This document shows, in pieces, positions 34,719 through 44,695 of a DNA stretch of 64,000 nucleotides; position 1 is the stretch's first letter; the number at the start of each line of letters is the position of its first letter. The notes beneath the pieces were generated by a model that saw only the letters and a list, made by a program, of their open reading frames with translations, searched no databases and was not told the origin of the DNA. The position numbers were made by a program, and so were the translations under genes. The DNA lies in assembly GCA_030454225.1 (NCBI GenBank), contig JAKDRW010000002.1, positions 4,787-68,786 of the forward strand, read 5' to 3'. The DNA comes from Vreelandella subglaciescola. GTDB lineage: Bacteria; Pseudomonadota; Gammaproteobacteria; Pseudomonadales; Halomonadaceae.

Positions 34719-35924
34719 TTGAGTAAAAGCATCACGGCGCCAGGCGCCGCGCAAGACGCTGCCGCGGGCCCAGTTGCCCCTGAGAGGGAAGGTATCCCGC
34801 CGCTGGCGCGCTACCGGGCCGATTTAAAGAGCGGTGCGCTGGTTTATGATGCCGCGCAGGAAGCCGCCGCCGGGCGCTTACAGCAATTATACGAGGCGCT
34901 GGTCGAGGCGCCGCCGGCGTTGCCCGAGCGCGCGCCCAGGCGCTTTTCGCACCGGCTGGCTGGGCTGTGGAAAAGCCGCCGTGAAGCCTCTGGGCCTGCG
35001 CTGCCGAATATTCAGGGGGTGTATTTCTGGGGCGGCGTGGGCCGCGGCAAGACCTATCTGATGAACGCGTTTTTTGCCGCGTTGCCGTTTGCCGACAAGC
35101 AGCGCACGCACTTTCATCGCTTTATGCAGCACGTGCACGCCGAGCTTGGCCGCTACAAAGGGCACAAAAACCCCCTGACGCTGATTGCCGCCGATCTGGC
35201 CTGCGAGGCGCGCGTCATCTGCTTTGACGAGTTTTTTGTCGACGATATCGCCGACGCCATGACCCTTGGCAGCCTGCTCCAGGCGCTGTTTGAGCACGGC
35301 GTGGTACTGGTGGCTACCTCAAACGTGGTGCCCGACGAGCTGTACAAAAACGGCCTGCAGCGCGCGCGCTTCTTGCCGGCCATTGCGCTGCTCAAGCAGC
35401 ACTGCCAGGTCGTACACCTCGATGGCGGCGTGGACTACCGGTTGCGCACGCTGTCGCGCGCCGAGGTTTTTCATGCGCCGCTTGGCGAGGCGGCGGAACA
35501 GGCGCTTGAGCAGAGCTTTCGCGCGCTTGCCGGTGGAACGGCGCAGGCGCAGACGACGCTCGAGATTAATCGTCGCCCCCTGGTCGTACGGCAGTTGAGC
35601 GGTACGCTGGTATGGTTCGAGTTTGACGTGCTGTGCAACGGCCCGCGCAGCCAGAATGACTATATCGAGATCGCCCGGTATTTTGATACCGTGCTGGTCT
35701 CCAACGTAAGGCAGATGGGCGCGCGAACCGACGCCCCGGCGCGGCGCTTTATCAATATGGTCGACGAGTTTTATGACCGCGGGGTCAATCTGCTGCTGTC
35801 GGCGGAGGTGCCCGTGGCCTCGCTTTATAGCGGAGGTCGGCTAGACTTCGAGTTTCAGCGTACGCGTTCAAGGCTCGAAGAAATGCAGTCGCGGGACTAT
35901 CTGGCCTGCGCGCATCGGCCTTAA
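34719..35924 (+). CDS. zapE: Cell division ATPase ZapE (AFG1 family)
   Basis: WGGVGRGKTYLM, RTHFHRFM, CFDEFFV, TSN..PD.LY.NGLQR and RT.SRL.EMQ motifs. Confidence 0.95.
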   Translation: MSKSITAPGAAQDAAAGPVAPEREGIPPLARYRADLKSGALVYDAAQEAAAGRLQQLYEALVEAPPALPERAPRRFSHRLAGLWKSRREASGPALPNIQGVYFWGGVGRGKTYLMNAFFAALPFADKQRTHFHRFMQHVHAELGRYKGHKNPLTLIAADLACEARVICFDEFFVDDIADAMTLGSLLQALFEHGVVLVATSNVVPDELYKNGLQRARFLPAIALLKQHCQVVHLDGGVDYRLRTLSRAEVFHAPLGEAAEQALEQSFRALAGGTAQAQTTLEINRRPLVVRQLSGTLVWFEFDVLCNGPRSQNDYIEIARYFDTVLVSNVRQMGARTDAPARRFINMVDEFYDRGVNLLLSAEVPVASLYSGGRLDFEFQRTRSRLEEMQSRDYLACAHRP

Positions 35925-36012
35925 ACTTGGACAACTGTCTAATGGCCGACGTCAGTGCGCCTGCGCCCAGAAAAAAACCTGCAAGCCGCTTAACTTCGTC
36001 GCTGCGTTAGGG

Positions 36013-36138
36013 TAGAATCCGCCCCGCTCGACGTTGTCGCAGTCAGTCTTTTGCGACAACCAAAAAAAATAGGGATGGTGCGCGCCTGACGATGGCGCTT
36101 GATAGGCACCCCACACACTTTATCTGGTGATTTCATCC
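36013..36138 (+). promoter_or_regulatory. rplM promoter (-10 TAGAAT plus GC-rich discriminator) and structured 5' leader
   Basis: TAGAAT at 36013-36018 followed by CCGCCCCGC; hairpins GTTGTCGCA/TGCGACAAC (36033-36060) and GGTGC..GCACC (36077-36110). Confidence 0.65.
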
Positions 36139-36567
36139 ATGAAGACGTTCAGTGCTAAGCCGCAGTCCGTCCAGCGCGACTGGTACGTAGTCGACGCGAC
36201 TGACAAAACGCTCGGTCGTCTGTCGACCGAAATTGCTCGCCGTTTGCGCGGCAAGCATAAGCCCGAGTTCACGCCGCACGTTGATACCGGCGACTACATT
36301 GTTGTAGTCAACGCCGAGAAAGTGAAGGTGACCGGCAACAAGGCACAAGCCAAAACCTATTACCGTCACACCGGTTACCCGGGTGGCTTGCGCTCCATGA
36401 CTTTCAATCAGATGGTCGGCCATGCGCCGGAGCGCATCATCGAGTCTGCCGTTAAGGGCATGCTGCCGAAAGGGCCGCTTGGCCGTGCCATGTATACCAA
36501 GCTTAAGGTATACGCCGGCGCCGAGCATCCGCACTCCGCCCAGCAGCCGCTTGAACTGAACATCTAA
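36139..36567 (+). CDS. rplM: 50S ribosomal protein L13
   Basis: [37 protein letters not shown] and [10 protein letters not shown] motifs. Confidence 0.98.
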   Translation: MKTFSAKPQSVQRDWYVVDATDKTLGRLSTEIARRLRGKHKPEFTPHVDTGDYIVVVNAEKVKVTGNKAQAKTYYRHTGYPGGLRSMTFNQMVGHAPERIIESAVKGMLPKGPLGRAMYTKLKVYAGAEHPHSAQQPLELNI

Positions 36568-36580
36568 GGGATTCTTCGCC

Positions 36581-36970
36581 ATGACACAGCAGTATTACGG
36601 TACCGGGCGCCGCAAGACTTCCACCGCCCGCGTTTTCCTCAAGCCGGGCTCCGGCAACATTACGGTCAACAAGCTCGCGCTGGATCAGTATTTTGGTCGC
36701 GTTACCGGCCAAATGGTCGTGCTTCAGCCGCTAGAGCTGACCGAAACGCTGGGCCAGTTTGACGCCTACGTCACCGTTGAAGGCGGCGGTGGTTCTTCGC
36801 AGGCCGGTGCCATTCGTCACGGGATTACCCGTGCGCTGATGGAATACAATGAAGACCTGCGCCCGACGCTGCGCGAAGCCGGCTACGTCACGCGTGATGC
36901 CCGTGCCGTCGAGCGTAAGAAAGTCGGTCTGCGTAAAGCACGCCGTCGTCCGCAGTTCTCCAAGCGTTAA
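36581..36970 (+). CDS. rpsI: 30S ribosomal protein S9
   Basis: YYGTGRRK and C-terminal [19 protein letters not shown]. Confidence 0.98.
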   Translation: MTQQYYGTGRRKTSTARVFLKPGSGNITVNKLALDQYFGRVTGQMVVLQPLELTETLGQFDAYVTVEGGGGSSQAGAIRHGITRALMEYNEDLRPTLREAGYVTRDARAVERKKVGLRKARRRPQFSKR

Positions 36971-36986
36971 TCACAACGTATGCGGC

Positions 36987-37020
36987 AAAACGCCCGGGTC
37001 TTTGGCCTGGGCTTTTTTTT
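36987..37020 (+). terminator. Rho-independent terminator after rpsI
   Basis: GCCCGGGTC-TTT-GGCCTGGGC followed by T8. Confidence 0.85.
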
Positions 37021-37179
37021 GTTGAAATATCAATAAGTTGTTGTAGTAATATGCGCCTGGATAAAAGCGGTTGTTGTTGTGCGGAGCGCTGCGTTTTCTT
37101 ATTATAAGGCGTAATTTATATTCGTCGCCGTCATATGCGCGTTTACGGCGTACGGGTGAGCAAAAGGGAGAAACCTGGA

Positions 37180-37779
37180 ATGGCAGATAACGGCGTAAAC
37201 AAGGGCCGGCGCCGTTTCCTCGTCGGTGCCACCTCCGTAGTTGGAGCGGTGGGTGCAGTCGGGGTTGCGGTCCCCTTTGTGGCTTCTTGGCAGCCCAGTG
37301 CCAAGGCAAGGGCAGCGGGCGCCCCGGTGCAAGCGGATATATCCAAGCTTGAGCCGGGACAGCGTATGACGGTGGAGTGGCGCGGCAAGCCGGTCTGGGT
37401 CATCAACCGTACGCCGGAGATGATCGAGCGCACGACCGCGCTGGGGGCTGATCGCCTGGCAGATCCGAAGTCGGAGGTGCCCCAGCAGCCCGACTACATC
37501 GACAGCGAGCTGCGCTCGATCAAGCCCGAAATCGGGGTGATCGTGGGGATCTGTACGCATTTGGGCTGCTCGCCGCTGTTCAAGCCGGAGCCTGATGCCG
37601 ACGGCGTGGGCGTCGATAACTGGCCGGGCGGTTTTTTCTGCCCCTGCCACGGTTCGCGCTTTGACTTGGCCGGTCGGGTATTCAAAAACGTGCCCGCACC
37701 GATCAACCTTCAAGTGCCGCCTTATCGCTTCGATAGCGATGAGATCATCGTTATCGGCGAGGATCAGGAGACTGCCTAA
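37180..37779 (+). CDS. petA: Cytochrome bc1 Rieske Fe-S subunit
   Basis: Tat motif RRRFL, CTHLGC and CPCHGS. Confidence 0.97.
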   Translation: MADNGVNKGRRRFLVGATSVVGAVGAVGVAVPFVASWQPSAKARAAGAPVQADISKLEPGQRMTVEWRGKPVWVINRTPEMIERTTALGADRLADPKSEVPQQPDYIDSELRSIKPEIGVIVGICTHLGCSPLFKPEPDADGVGVDNWPGGFFCPCHGSRFDLAGRVFKNVPAPINLQVPPYRFDSDEIIVIGEDQETA

Positions 37780-39038
37780 TGGGTAATCCACACAAAGCCA
37801 AGGCGGAGCGCGGCGTCATGCGCTGGGTCGATGACCGCTTTCCCGCCACGCAGATGTGGCAAGAACATCTGTCAAAATACTACGCGCCCAAGAACTTCAA
37901 CTTCTGGTATTTCTTTGGCTCGCTGGCGCTGTTGATGCTGGTCAACCAGATCCTGACCGGCGTTTGGCTGACCATGAGCTACAACCCCACGGCAGAAGGC
38001 GCGTTTGCCTCTGTCGAGTACATCATGCGCGATGTCGAGTGGGGTTGGTTGATACGCTACATGCACACTACCGGCGCCTCGGCGTTTTTCGTAGTAGTGT
38101 ATCTGCATATGTTCCGCGGCCTGCTTTACGGCTCTTACCGAGCGCCCCGCGAGCTGGTGTGGGTCTTTGGCATGACCATTTATCTGGCGCTGATGGCCGA
38201 AGCCTTTATGGGCTACCTGCTGCCCTGGGGGCAAATGTCCTACTGGGGCGCGCAGGTGATTATTTCGTTGTTCTCCGCGATTCCGTCGATCGGCCCCGAC
38301 CTGGCGCAGTGGGTACGCGGCGACTTCCTGATCTCCGGTATCACGCTAAACCGCTTCTTTGCGCTGCACGTGGTAGCGCTGCCGATCGTGATTCTGGCGC
38401 TGGTGGTGCTGCATATCATCGCGCTGCACGAAGTGGGTTCGAATAACCCCGACGGCGTTGATATCAAACAGAAAAAAGACGAAACCGGCAAGCCGCTCGA
38501 CGGCATTCCCTTCCATCCTTACTACACGGTCAAGGATCTGGTCGGGGTGGCAGTGTTCCTGTTTGTCTTCTGCGTGGTGATTTTCTACTTCCCCGAAGGC
38601 GGCGGTTACTTTATTGAGCAGCCGAACTTTGAGCCGGCCAACCCGCTGAAGACGCCCGATCACATCGCACCGGTCTGGTACTTCACGCCGTTTTACGCGA
38701 TCCTGCGCGCGATTACCTTTTCGATCTTCGGGCTGGAGGCGAAGTTCCTCGGCGTCATCTTTATGGGCGGTGCCATTGCTGCGCTCTTCGTGCTGCCGTG
38801 GCTCGACCGCAGTCCGGTCAACTCCATTCGCTATAAAGGCTGGATGTCGAAAGTCATGCTGGGGCTGTTTGCCATCAGTTTTGTGATCCTCGGGGTGCTT
38901 GGCGTGCTACCGGTGAGTACGGGACGAACCATTCTCGCCCAGGTATGTACCGTCATCTACTTTGCCTTCTTTGTGCTGATGCCGCTGTATACCCGGCTGG
39001 AGAAGACTAAACCCGTTCCGGAAAGGGTGACTGGCTAA
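37779..39038 (+). CDS. petB: Cytochrome b
   Basis: IMRDV..GW.IRYMH..GAS, GYLLPWGQMSYWGA, RFFALH and the Qo motif PVWY. Confidence 0.97.
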   Translation: MGNPHKAKAERGVMRWVDDRFPATQMWQEHLSKYYAPKNFNFWYFFGSLALLMLVNQILTGVWLTMSYNPTAEGAFASVEYIMRDVEWGWLIRYMHTTGASAFFVVVYLHMFRGLLYGSYRAPRELVWVFGMTIYLALMAEAFMGYLLPWGQMSYWGAQVIISLFSAIPSIGPDLAQWVRGDFLISGITLNRFFALHVVALPIVILALVVLHIIALHEVGSNNPDGVDIKQKKDETGKPLDGIPFHPYYTVKDLVGVAVFLFVFCVVIFYFPEGGGYFIEQPNFEPANPLKTPDHIAPVWYFTPFYAILRAITFSIFGLEAKFLGVIFMGGAIAALFVLPWLDRSPVNSIRYKGWMSKVMLGLFAISFVILGVLGVLPVSTGRTILAQVCTVIYFAFFVLMPLYTRLEKTKPVPERVTG

Positions 39039-39799
39039 TGAAAAAGCAACTGTTTGCACTGCTCTTTGCGCTGCTGCCGGTAACGGCGCTGGCGGATGGC
39101 GGGCTACCGTACTCGATGGAGCCGGATTTGCATGACCGCGAGTCGTTGCAAAACGGCATGAAGCTTTACGTCAACTATTGCATGGGCTGTCACTCGCTTG
39201 AGCACCAGCGTTTTTCGCGTGCGGCAAACGATCTGGATATCCCCCAGGAGCTGGTGGAAGACAACCTGATCTTTTCCCCGGACCTGGCGTTTAACGACCA
39301 GATGCGAATTGCCATGCATAGCGACGATGCGGAAAACTGGTTTGGTACCGCGCCGCCGGACCTGACGCTTGAGTCGCGTCTACGCAGCCCCGACTGGATC
39401 TATTCCTACCTGCTGAGCTTCTACAGGGACGCGGACAGCTCAACCGGGGTCAACAACGACGTCTTTGACCAGGTGGCGATGCCCAACGTGTTGGAGCCGC
39501 TGCAGGGCGTGCAGGAAAAAGTCTGCGCCTCCACCGACCGCCATATTAAAGGGCAGTCACCGGATCCGCTGACCGGCAAATACCAGTCCTGTGACATCCT
39601 GAGAGTGACGCAGCCTGGCGAGCTGGAGCCCGATGAGTTCAAGGCAGCGGTGCATGACCTGACCAACTTTCTGGCCTACGTGGGTGAGCCGTCCAAGCTG
39701 AAAGCCCAGGCGTTGGCGCCTAAAGTGCTCATATTTATCTTTATACTGGGTATTATTTGCTACTTCCTGAAGCGCGAATACTGGCGTGATGTCCACTAA
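39038..39799 (+). CDS. petC: Cytochrome c1
   Basis: Signal peptide, CMGCH heme motif, PPDL, MPNV and a C-terminal TM ending KREYWRDVH. Confidence 0.96.
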   Translation: MKKQLFALLFALLPVTALADGGLPYSMEPDLHDRESLQNGMKLYVNYCMGCHSLEHQRFSRAANDLDIPQELVEDNLIFSPDLAFNDQMRIAMHSDDAENWFGTAPPDLTLESRLRSPDWIYSYLLSFYRDADSSTGVNNDVFDQVAMPNVLEPLQGVQEKVCASTDRHIKGQSPDPLTGKYQSCDILRVTQPGELEPDEFKAAVHDLTNFLAYVGEPSKLKAQALAPKVLIFIFILGIICYFLKREYWRDVH

Positions 39800-39815
39800 G
39801 GTGAGCTAAACGGAT

Positions 39816-39850
39816 AAAAAGGGCGTACGGCGACTGTCGTGCGCCCTTTG
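39816..39850 (+). terminator. Terminator after petC
   Basis: AAAGGGCGTACGGC-GACT-GTCGTGCGCCCTTT stem with a short T tract. Confidence 0.65.
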
Positions 39851-39904
39851 CGTCTCTGGGTCAGAGTAAGTTTTCCCGTGCTTTCCCCTAGAGCGGGCTG
39901 GGCA

Positions 39905-39913
39905 TGGTATTAT
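39905..39913 (+). promoter_or_regulatory. Candidate extended -10 promoter for sspAB
   Basis: TG-G-TATTAT 30 bp upstream of the sspA ATG. Confidence 0.45.
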
Positions 39914-39943
39914 CCCCTATTGACTTGATGTGAGGATTGCTAC

Positions 39944-40570
39944 ATGGGTGTTGTGGCCAAACGGTCGTCGATGATTTTTTATTCCGGAGCCGATGACCAT
40001 TTTAGTCATCGCGTGCGTATCGTGCTCGCCGAGAAGGGCGTCGCGGTTGATATCGTTGAGGTGACTGGCGATAAGGCACCGGAAGAGCTTGCTGAGCTGA
40101 ACCCGTACAACAGCGTGCCGACGCTTTTGGACCGTGATCTGGTGCTCTACGAATCCAAAGTCATGATGGAGTATCTTGACGAGCGCTTCCCGCATCCGCC
40201 GTTGTTACCGGTCTACCCGGTGGCGCGAGCGAAAAGCCGCTTATTGATGCACCGCATCGAGCACGAATGGTGCCCGATGGTCGAGCAGATTCGTACCGGC
40301 AGCAAAAAAGAAGCGGACAAGGCGCGTAAAGAACTGCGCGAGAGCCTGGTGGGAACTTCGCCCATTTTCGAAGACATGCCGTTTTTCATGAGCGATGAAT
40401 TCACCCTGGTCGATTGCTGCCTGGCACCGCTTTTGTGGCGTCTGCCCGAGCTTAATATCGAGCTGCCTGAAAAGCAGGTGCAGCCGCTGATCAGCTATAT
40501 GACGCGCGTTTTTGAGCGCGATGCCTTCAAGGCGTCGCTGAACGAGCACGAAAAAGAAATGCGTGCCTGA
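39944..40570 (+). CDS. sspA: Stringent starvation protein A
   Basis: [28 protein letters not shown] and [12 protein letters not shown] motifs. Confidence 0.97.
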   Translation: MGVVAKRSSMIFYSGADDHFSHRVRIVLAEKGVAVDIVEVTGDKAPEELAELNPYNSVPTLLDRDLVLYESKVMMEYLDERFPHPPLLPVYPVARAKSRLLMHRIEHEWCPMVEQIRTGSKKEADKARKELRESLVGTSPIFEDMPFFMSDEFTLVDCCLAPLLWRLPELNIELPEKQVQPLISYMTRVFERDAFKASLNEHEKEMRA

Positions 40571-40626
40571 TTGGCACGCGCGATGCCGACGAATTCGCCT
40601 CACCACGCCGCGAAAGGAGAGCGACA

Positions 40627-41166
40627 ATGACGCGTTCCAGCCGCCCCTATCTTGCCAGAGCCCTGTATGAATGGCTGCTGGATAACGATCTGACGCCCCA
40701 CCTGGTGGTTGATGCCAGCTGGCCGGGCGTTGAGGTGCCGCGCCAGTTTGTGCAGCACGGCCAGATAGTACTGAACGCATCGCCGACTGCGGTGCGTGAC
40801 TTTTTCATGGAAAATCAGGCCATCGGTTTTAGCGCGCGCTTTGGCGGCCAACCGATGCGGATCATGATTCCCATCGAAGCGCTGCTTGCCGTTTATGCAA
40901 GCGAGAACGGTGCGGGGATGGTGTTTGGTCAAGAGCCCGACCTGGAAGCGGTAGAGGGTCCGGACGCGCCGGCCGATGACGGCGGGGATGATGCCTCGTC
41001 GGCTGCCGAGACGCCGCGACCTGCGCTGTCGGCAGTCTCGGAGGTAAAGCGGGACGCTGACGCCGAACGGGCCAAAGACCAAGGCGCAACGTCCGATGCG
41101 GCCGAGACCGATGACGCCACGACGGATAAGCGTAAAAAGAAGCCCGCGCTGCGGGTGATCAAGTAG
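40627..41166 (+). CDS. sspB: ClpXP adaptor SspB
   Basis: RPYL.RALYEW..DN..TPH, acidic linker and C-terminal PALRVIK ClpX-binding motif. Confidence 0.96.
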   Translation: MTRSSRPYLARALYEWLLDNDLTPHLVVDASWPGVEVPRQFVQHGQIVLNASPTAVRDFFMENQAIGFSARFGGQPMRIMIPIEALLAVYASENGAGMVFGQEPDLEAVEGPDAPADDGGDDASSAAETPRPALSAVSEVKRDADAERAKDQGATSDAAETDDATTDKRKKKPALRVIK

Positions 41167-41230
41167 GTGGGAAGCGCCGCTGCTATATAGCACCTGGAGC
41201 GGTAGAGAGCGGTGGAAAGTAGTAGCGCAT

Positions 41231-41271
41231 AAAAAAACGCCTCGGCATATGGATATTGCCGAGGCGTTTTT
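41231..41271. terminator. Bidirectional terminator between sspB and dolP
   Basis: A7-CGCCTCGGCA...TGCCGAGGCG-T5. Confidence 0.88.
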
Positions 41272-41317
41272 GTGTGACTGGCGCGCAATGCCGTGGTGCT
41301 AAAGCGCGGCTGAAAGC

Positions 41318-41929
41318 CTAGTTTTTCGCGTCGTCGAGGTAGTCAAACACCTTGACGATGCGCCGCACGCCGGAAACGTCGGAGACGGCCGCAACGATGC
41401 GCTTGGCTTCCTGGCGCGAGACAATGCCCATCAGGTAGACGCTGGCATTTTCGGTGGTGATCTTGAGCTTGGATGAATCGATGTGGTCGTTGGTGGCCAG
41501 CTGGCTTTTCACGTTGGTGGTCAGCCAGGTATCGGTTAAGCGCTGGCTGGCGGGCAGGCTCGCCGCTATATCAAGTTCGTTGTGTACGGTTTCTACGGCG
41601 CGCAGGCTTTCGACTACCTCGGCTGCCTTGTCGCTCAGTTCTTCGCTGGGCACCTGGCCGACCAGTAGTACCGAGCCGTCATAGCTGTGAACGCGGATGC
41701 GCGCCTCGCCCAGGCGGGCGTCGGCGTGTTTTAGCGCTTTCTTTGACTGGTTTTCGATAGTGCTGTCGATCGCTTTGGCGTCGTTGGTGCGCTGGCCGTA
41801 ATGCGACTGGTTCGACGACGAGTTTGTCGCGCAGCCGCCCAGCAGCAGCAGGCCACCCATTAGCAGGGCTGAGGCATAGGCGCGGGGGGCGGCGCGCGAG
41901 CGCAGCGTGGTGAAAAGGGCGGTTAACAT
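41318..41929 (-). CDS. dolP: Dual BON-domain lipoprotein DolP/YraP
   Basis: Lipobox LLGGC, VLLVGQV, VHNEL, D.WLT..VK and VYLMG.V motifs; start set at ATG 41929. Confidence 0.88.
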   Translation of the reverse strand: MLTALFTTLRSRAAPRAYASALLMGGLLLLGGCATNSSSNQSHYGQRTNDAKAIDSTIENQSKKALKHADARLGEARIRVHSYDGSVLLVGQVPSEELSDKAAEVVESLRAVETVHNELDIAASLPASQRLTDTWLTTNVKSQLATNDHIDSSKLKITTENASVYLMGIVSRQEAKRIVAAVSDVSGVRRIVKVFDYLDDAKN

Positions 41930-41969
41930 AGGCAATACTCCAAACATTGAGTCAAAGAGCGCGCGCGTC

Positions 41970-42593
<624 letters not shown>

Positions 42594-42962
42594 TCAAAAG
42601 GCGTCGAAGGCGGCTTTGACCCACTCAAAGGTCAGCGTCGGGGGCGTGCCCGTGACCGCAAGAATATCAAAGCGGCAGGGGCAAACAAGCTCCTGGCGAG
42701 CCAGATAAACGCGCGCCGCGTGCACCAGGCGGCGCTGCTTTTGCGCGGTCACGGTCTCCAGCGGGTGGCCGTAGCGCGTGGTTTCGCGGTGTTTGACCTC
42801 GACAAAAACCCGCGTTTCCCCGTCCTGCATGACCAGATCCAGCTCGCCGCCCTTGGCGTACTGGTTGCGCCCCAGAAGCGTTAGCCCCTGCTCTTCGAGC
42901 CACCGGGCGGCGATACCTTCGATGGCTGTTCCGCGCGCCCGGGCAGTGCGCGGGTCACTCAT
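42594..42962 (-). CDS. yraN: YraN family (UPF0102) nuclease-fold protein
   Basis: GELDLVM, VFVEVK.R and CRFD motifs. Confidence 0.93.
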   Translation of the reverse strand: MSDPRTARARGTAIEGIAARWLEEQGLTLLGRNQYAKGGELDLVMQDGETRVFVEVKHRETTRYGHPLETVTAQKQRRLVHAARVYLARQELVCPCRFDILAVTGTPPTLTFEWVKAAFDAF

Positions 42963-44457
42963 CGGCTGACCGCTTGGGCGATAAGCTAGCGTTGGGCACG
43001 CCGGCATTGAACTGCGCCCAGGGCAATTTACGATAGATGCGCCCATCGGCGGTCAGGTGCAGCTGGCCCGTAGCCCCCTGGAAATTCTGCAGGGCCTCAA
43101 GGTCAGACAGCCGCGTGCCGGCTTCGTAGGCGTCAACGCCCATGGCTAGCAGTCTGACCATGGAAGCGTCGGCATTTTTATGCAGGGCTTCATAGCTTGA
43201 ATAAAACGGCAGTGCTTCTTTGCCGCCTACGGCCGCATTGGGAATTTGCCAGGGAATATCGACAAAATTGACGCCGTCCAGATCCTTGTTCAGGCGCTGG
43301 TTGCTGCCGTGCAAATGCGAGGTGGCATAAACGGGCAGGTTGGAGGCGTAATAGTAGTCAAGCAGCGGCGGCACCTGGCGCGCGTATTTGGGTACTGCGA
43401 GCAGGAAAAGCGCGTCGATATTGCCCAGCCGTGCGCGCTCGCCGCTAACGCTCAGCGCCTGTTTAACCGCGGTTGCCGGGCTGCCATCGGGGTTGTAGCG
43501 CACCGCGTTGGTAACGTCGCCACCCTGCTGTTGCCACGCTTGCAGGAAGGCGTCACCGACGCGCTCCCCCCAGGCGTTGTTGGGCACCATCAGCGCCGCT
43601 TGCCGGTGGCCGTCTTGCCAGGCGCGCTTGGCCGCCTGGCGGGCTTCGTCTTCAGCAGAAAGGCCGTACTGAAACAGGCGCTTGGCCTGGTTGTGGGCGC
43701 TTTCGCCATAGTTGAGCGCAAGCGTCGGCAGGGGCACGCTTGCGCGCTGCTCCAGCTTGGTGACGCGGTCTTTGGCCAGTGGGCCAATGACGATTTGCGC
43801 GTTCATTTCGTCGGCGCGGCGATAAAGCTCGTTGAGCGAGTGCTGCGACGCATCGATAAAGCGCAGCGTGACGTCGTTATCGACCTGCTCCTGGTGGGTG
43901 CGCAGGGCTTTTTCCAGCGTATCGGCGACGCTGCTTAGCGGCCCCGATTCGGGCAGGAATACGGCGATGCGGCGTATTTTTTTACCGGCAATCTCGGGCA
44001 TCGCAAAGCTTTTGAGATCCGGCTGATCAAGCGCCTTGCGTGCCCAGCGGCGGCGTTCGATCAGGGTTTTTTGCTGGCTGGACGACATCGCAAGCTCGTC
44101 ATCCAGCACCTGGGTGGCTGTCATTACCGCGTGTGGCTGGTCGAGCGCACGGGCAAGCTCCGAGTGCAGTAGCGCCCAGCGCACGCGCTTATCGGTGGGC
44201 AAAGCGCTTGAGTCCAGCTCGCGGGTAATCTCAAAGGCGCGGTCGCGCTGGCCCTGACGCGCCATAATGTCCGCCGCTTCAAGCCGTGTTTGCGCCGCTT
44301 TTTCGGGCGCCTGCTGTTCGGCCTGGCCAAGTAGCTGCCCGGGGTCCTGTGCGGGCGCGCGATCGACCACGCTTGGCGACTGTTGCTGACCGGCACAGCC
44401 GGCCAGCAACAATGCCATGAGCGCGGTGGTAAAAAGACCACGAAATGTCTGTTTCAT
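42955..44457 (-). CDS. lpoA: PBP1A activator lipoprotein LpoA (LppC family), short form
   Basis: Lipobox LLAGC, IAVFLP.SG, IGPL.K, TLALN, YGLSAEDEA and RL.AMGVDA motifs; divergent from rsmI. Confidence 0.9.
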   Translation of the reverse strand: MKQTFRGLFTTALMALLLAGCAGQQQSPSVVDRAPAQDPGQLLGQAEQQAPEKAAQTRLEAADIMARQGQRDRAFEITRELDSSALPTDKRVRWALLHSELARALDQPHAVMTATQVLDDELAMSSSQQKTLIERRRWARKALDQPDLKSFAMPEIAGKKIRRIAVFLPESGPLSSVADTLEKALRTHQEQVDNDVTLRFIDASQHSLNELYRRADEMNAQIVIGPLAKDRVTKLEQRASVPLPTLALNYGESAHNQAKRLFQYGLSAEDEARQAAKRAWQDGHRQAALMVPNNAWGERVGDAFLQAWQQQGGDVTNAVRYNPDGSPATAVKQALSVSGERARLGNIDALFLLAVPKYARQVPPLLDYYYASNLPVYATSHLHGSNQRLNKDLDGVNFVDIPWQIPNAAVGGKEALPFYSSYEALHKNADASMVRLLAMGVDAYEAGTRLSDLEALQNFQGATGQLHLTADGRIYRKLPWAQFNAGVPNASLSPKRSADE

Positions 44458-44695
44458 GTATCCTTCCTTAGTTTGGGTTAACGCTTGTGCTTCGCTCGCG
44501 GCATCGGGCCACTAAAAGAAAACGCTGAGCCACCAGGGTGTCGGGCTCTATAAAGGCGGGCTGAATCGGCGGCTTGAACGGTGCCGGCCGCGAAAGCCAG
44601 CGTCACGATAATCAAAGCCACGATAAAGCGCACGGCGTACTGCCAGAATTAGCCAGTCAGTCAGCCAACACGTCAATGAAAACGAATCGGGAGTC

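Noticed and set aside
44593-44665. Short repeats (AAAGCCA, CACGATAA, CAGT) in the lpoA-rsmI divergent spacer
   Set aside because: They are too short and irregular to distinguish from chance.
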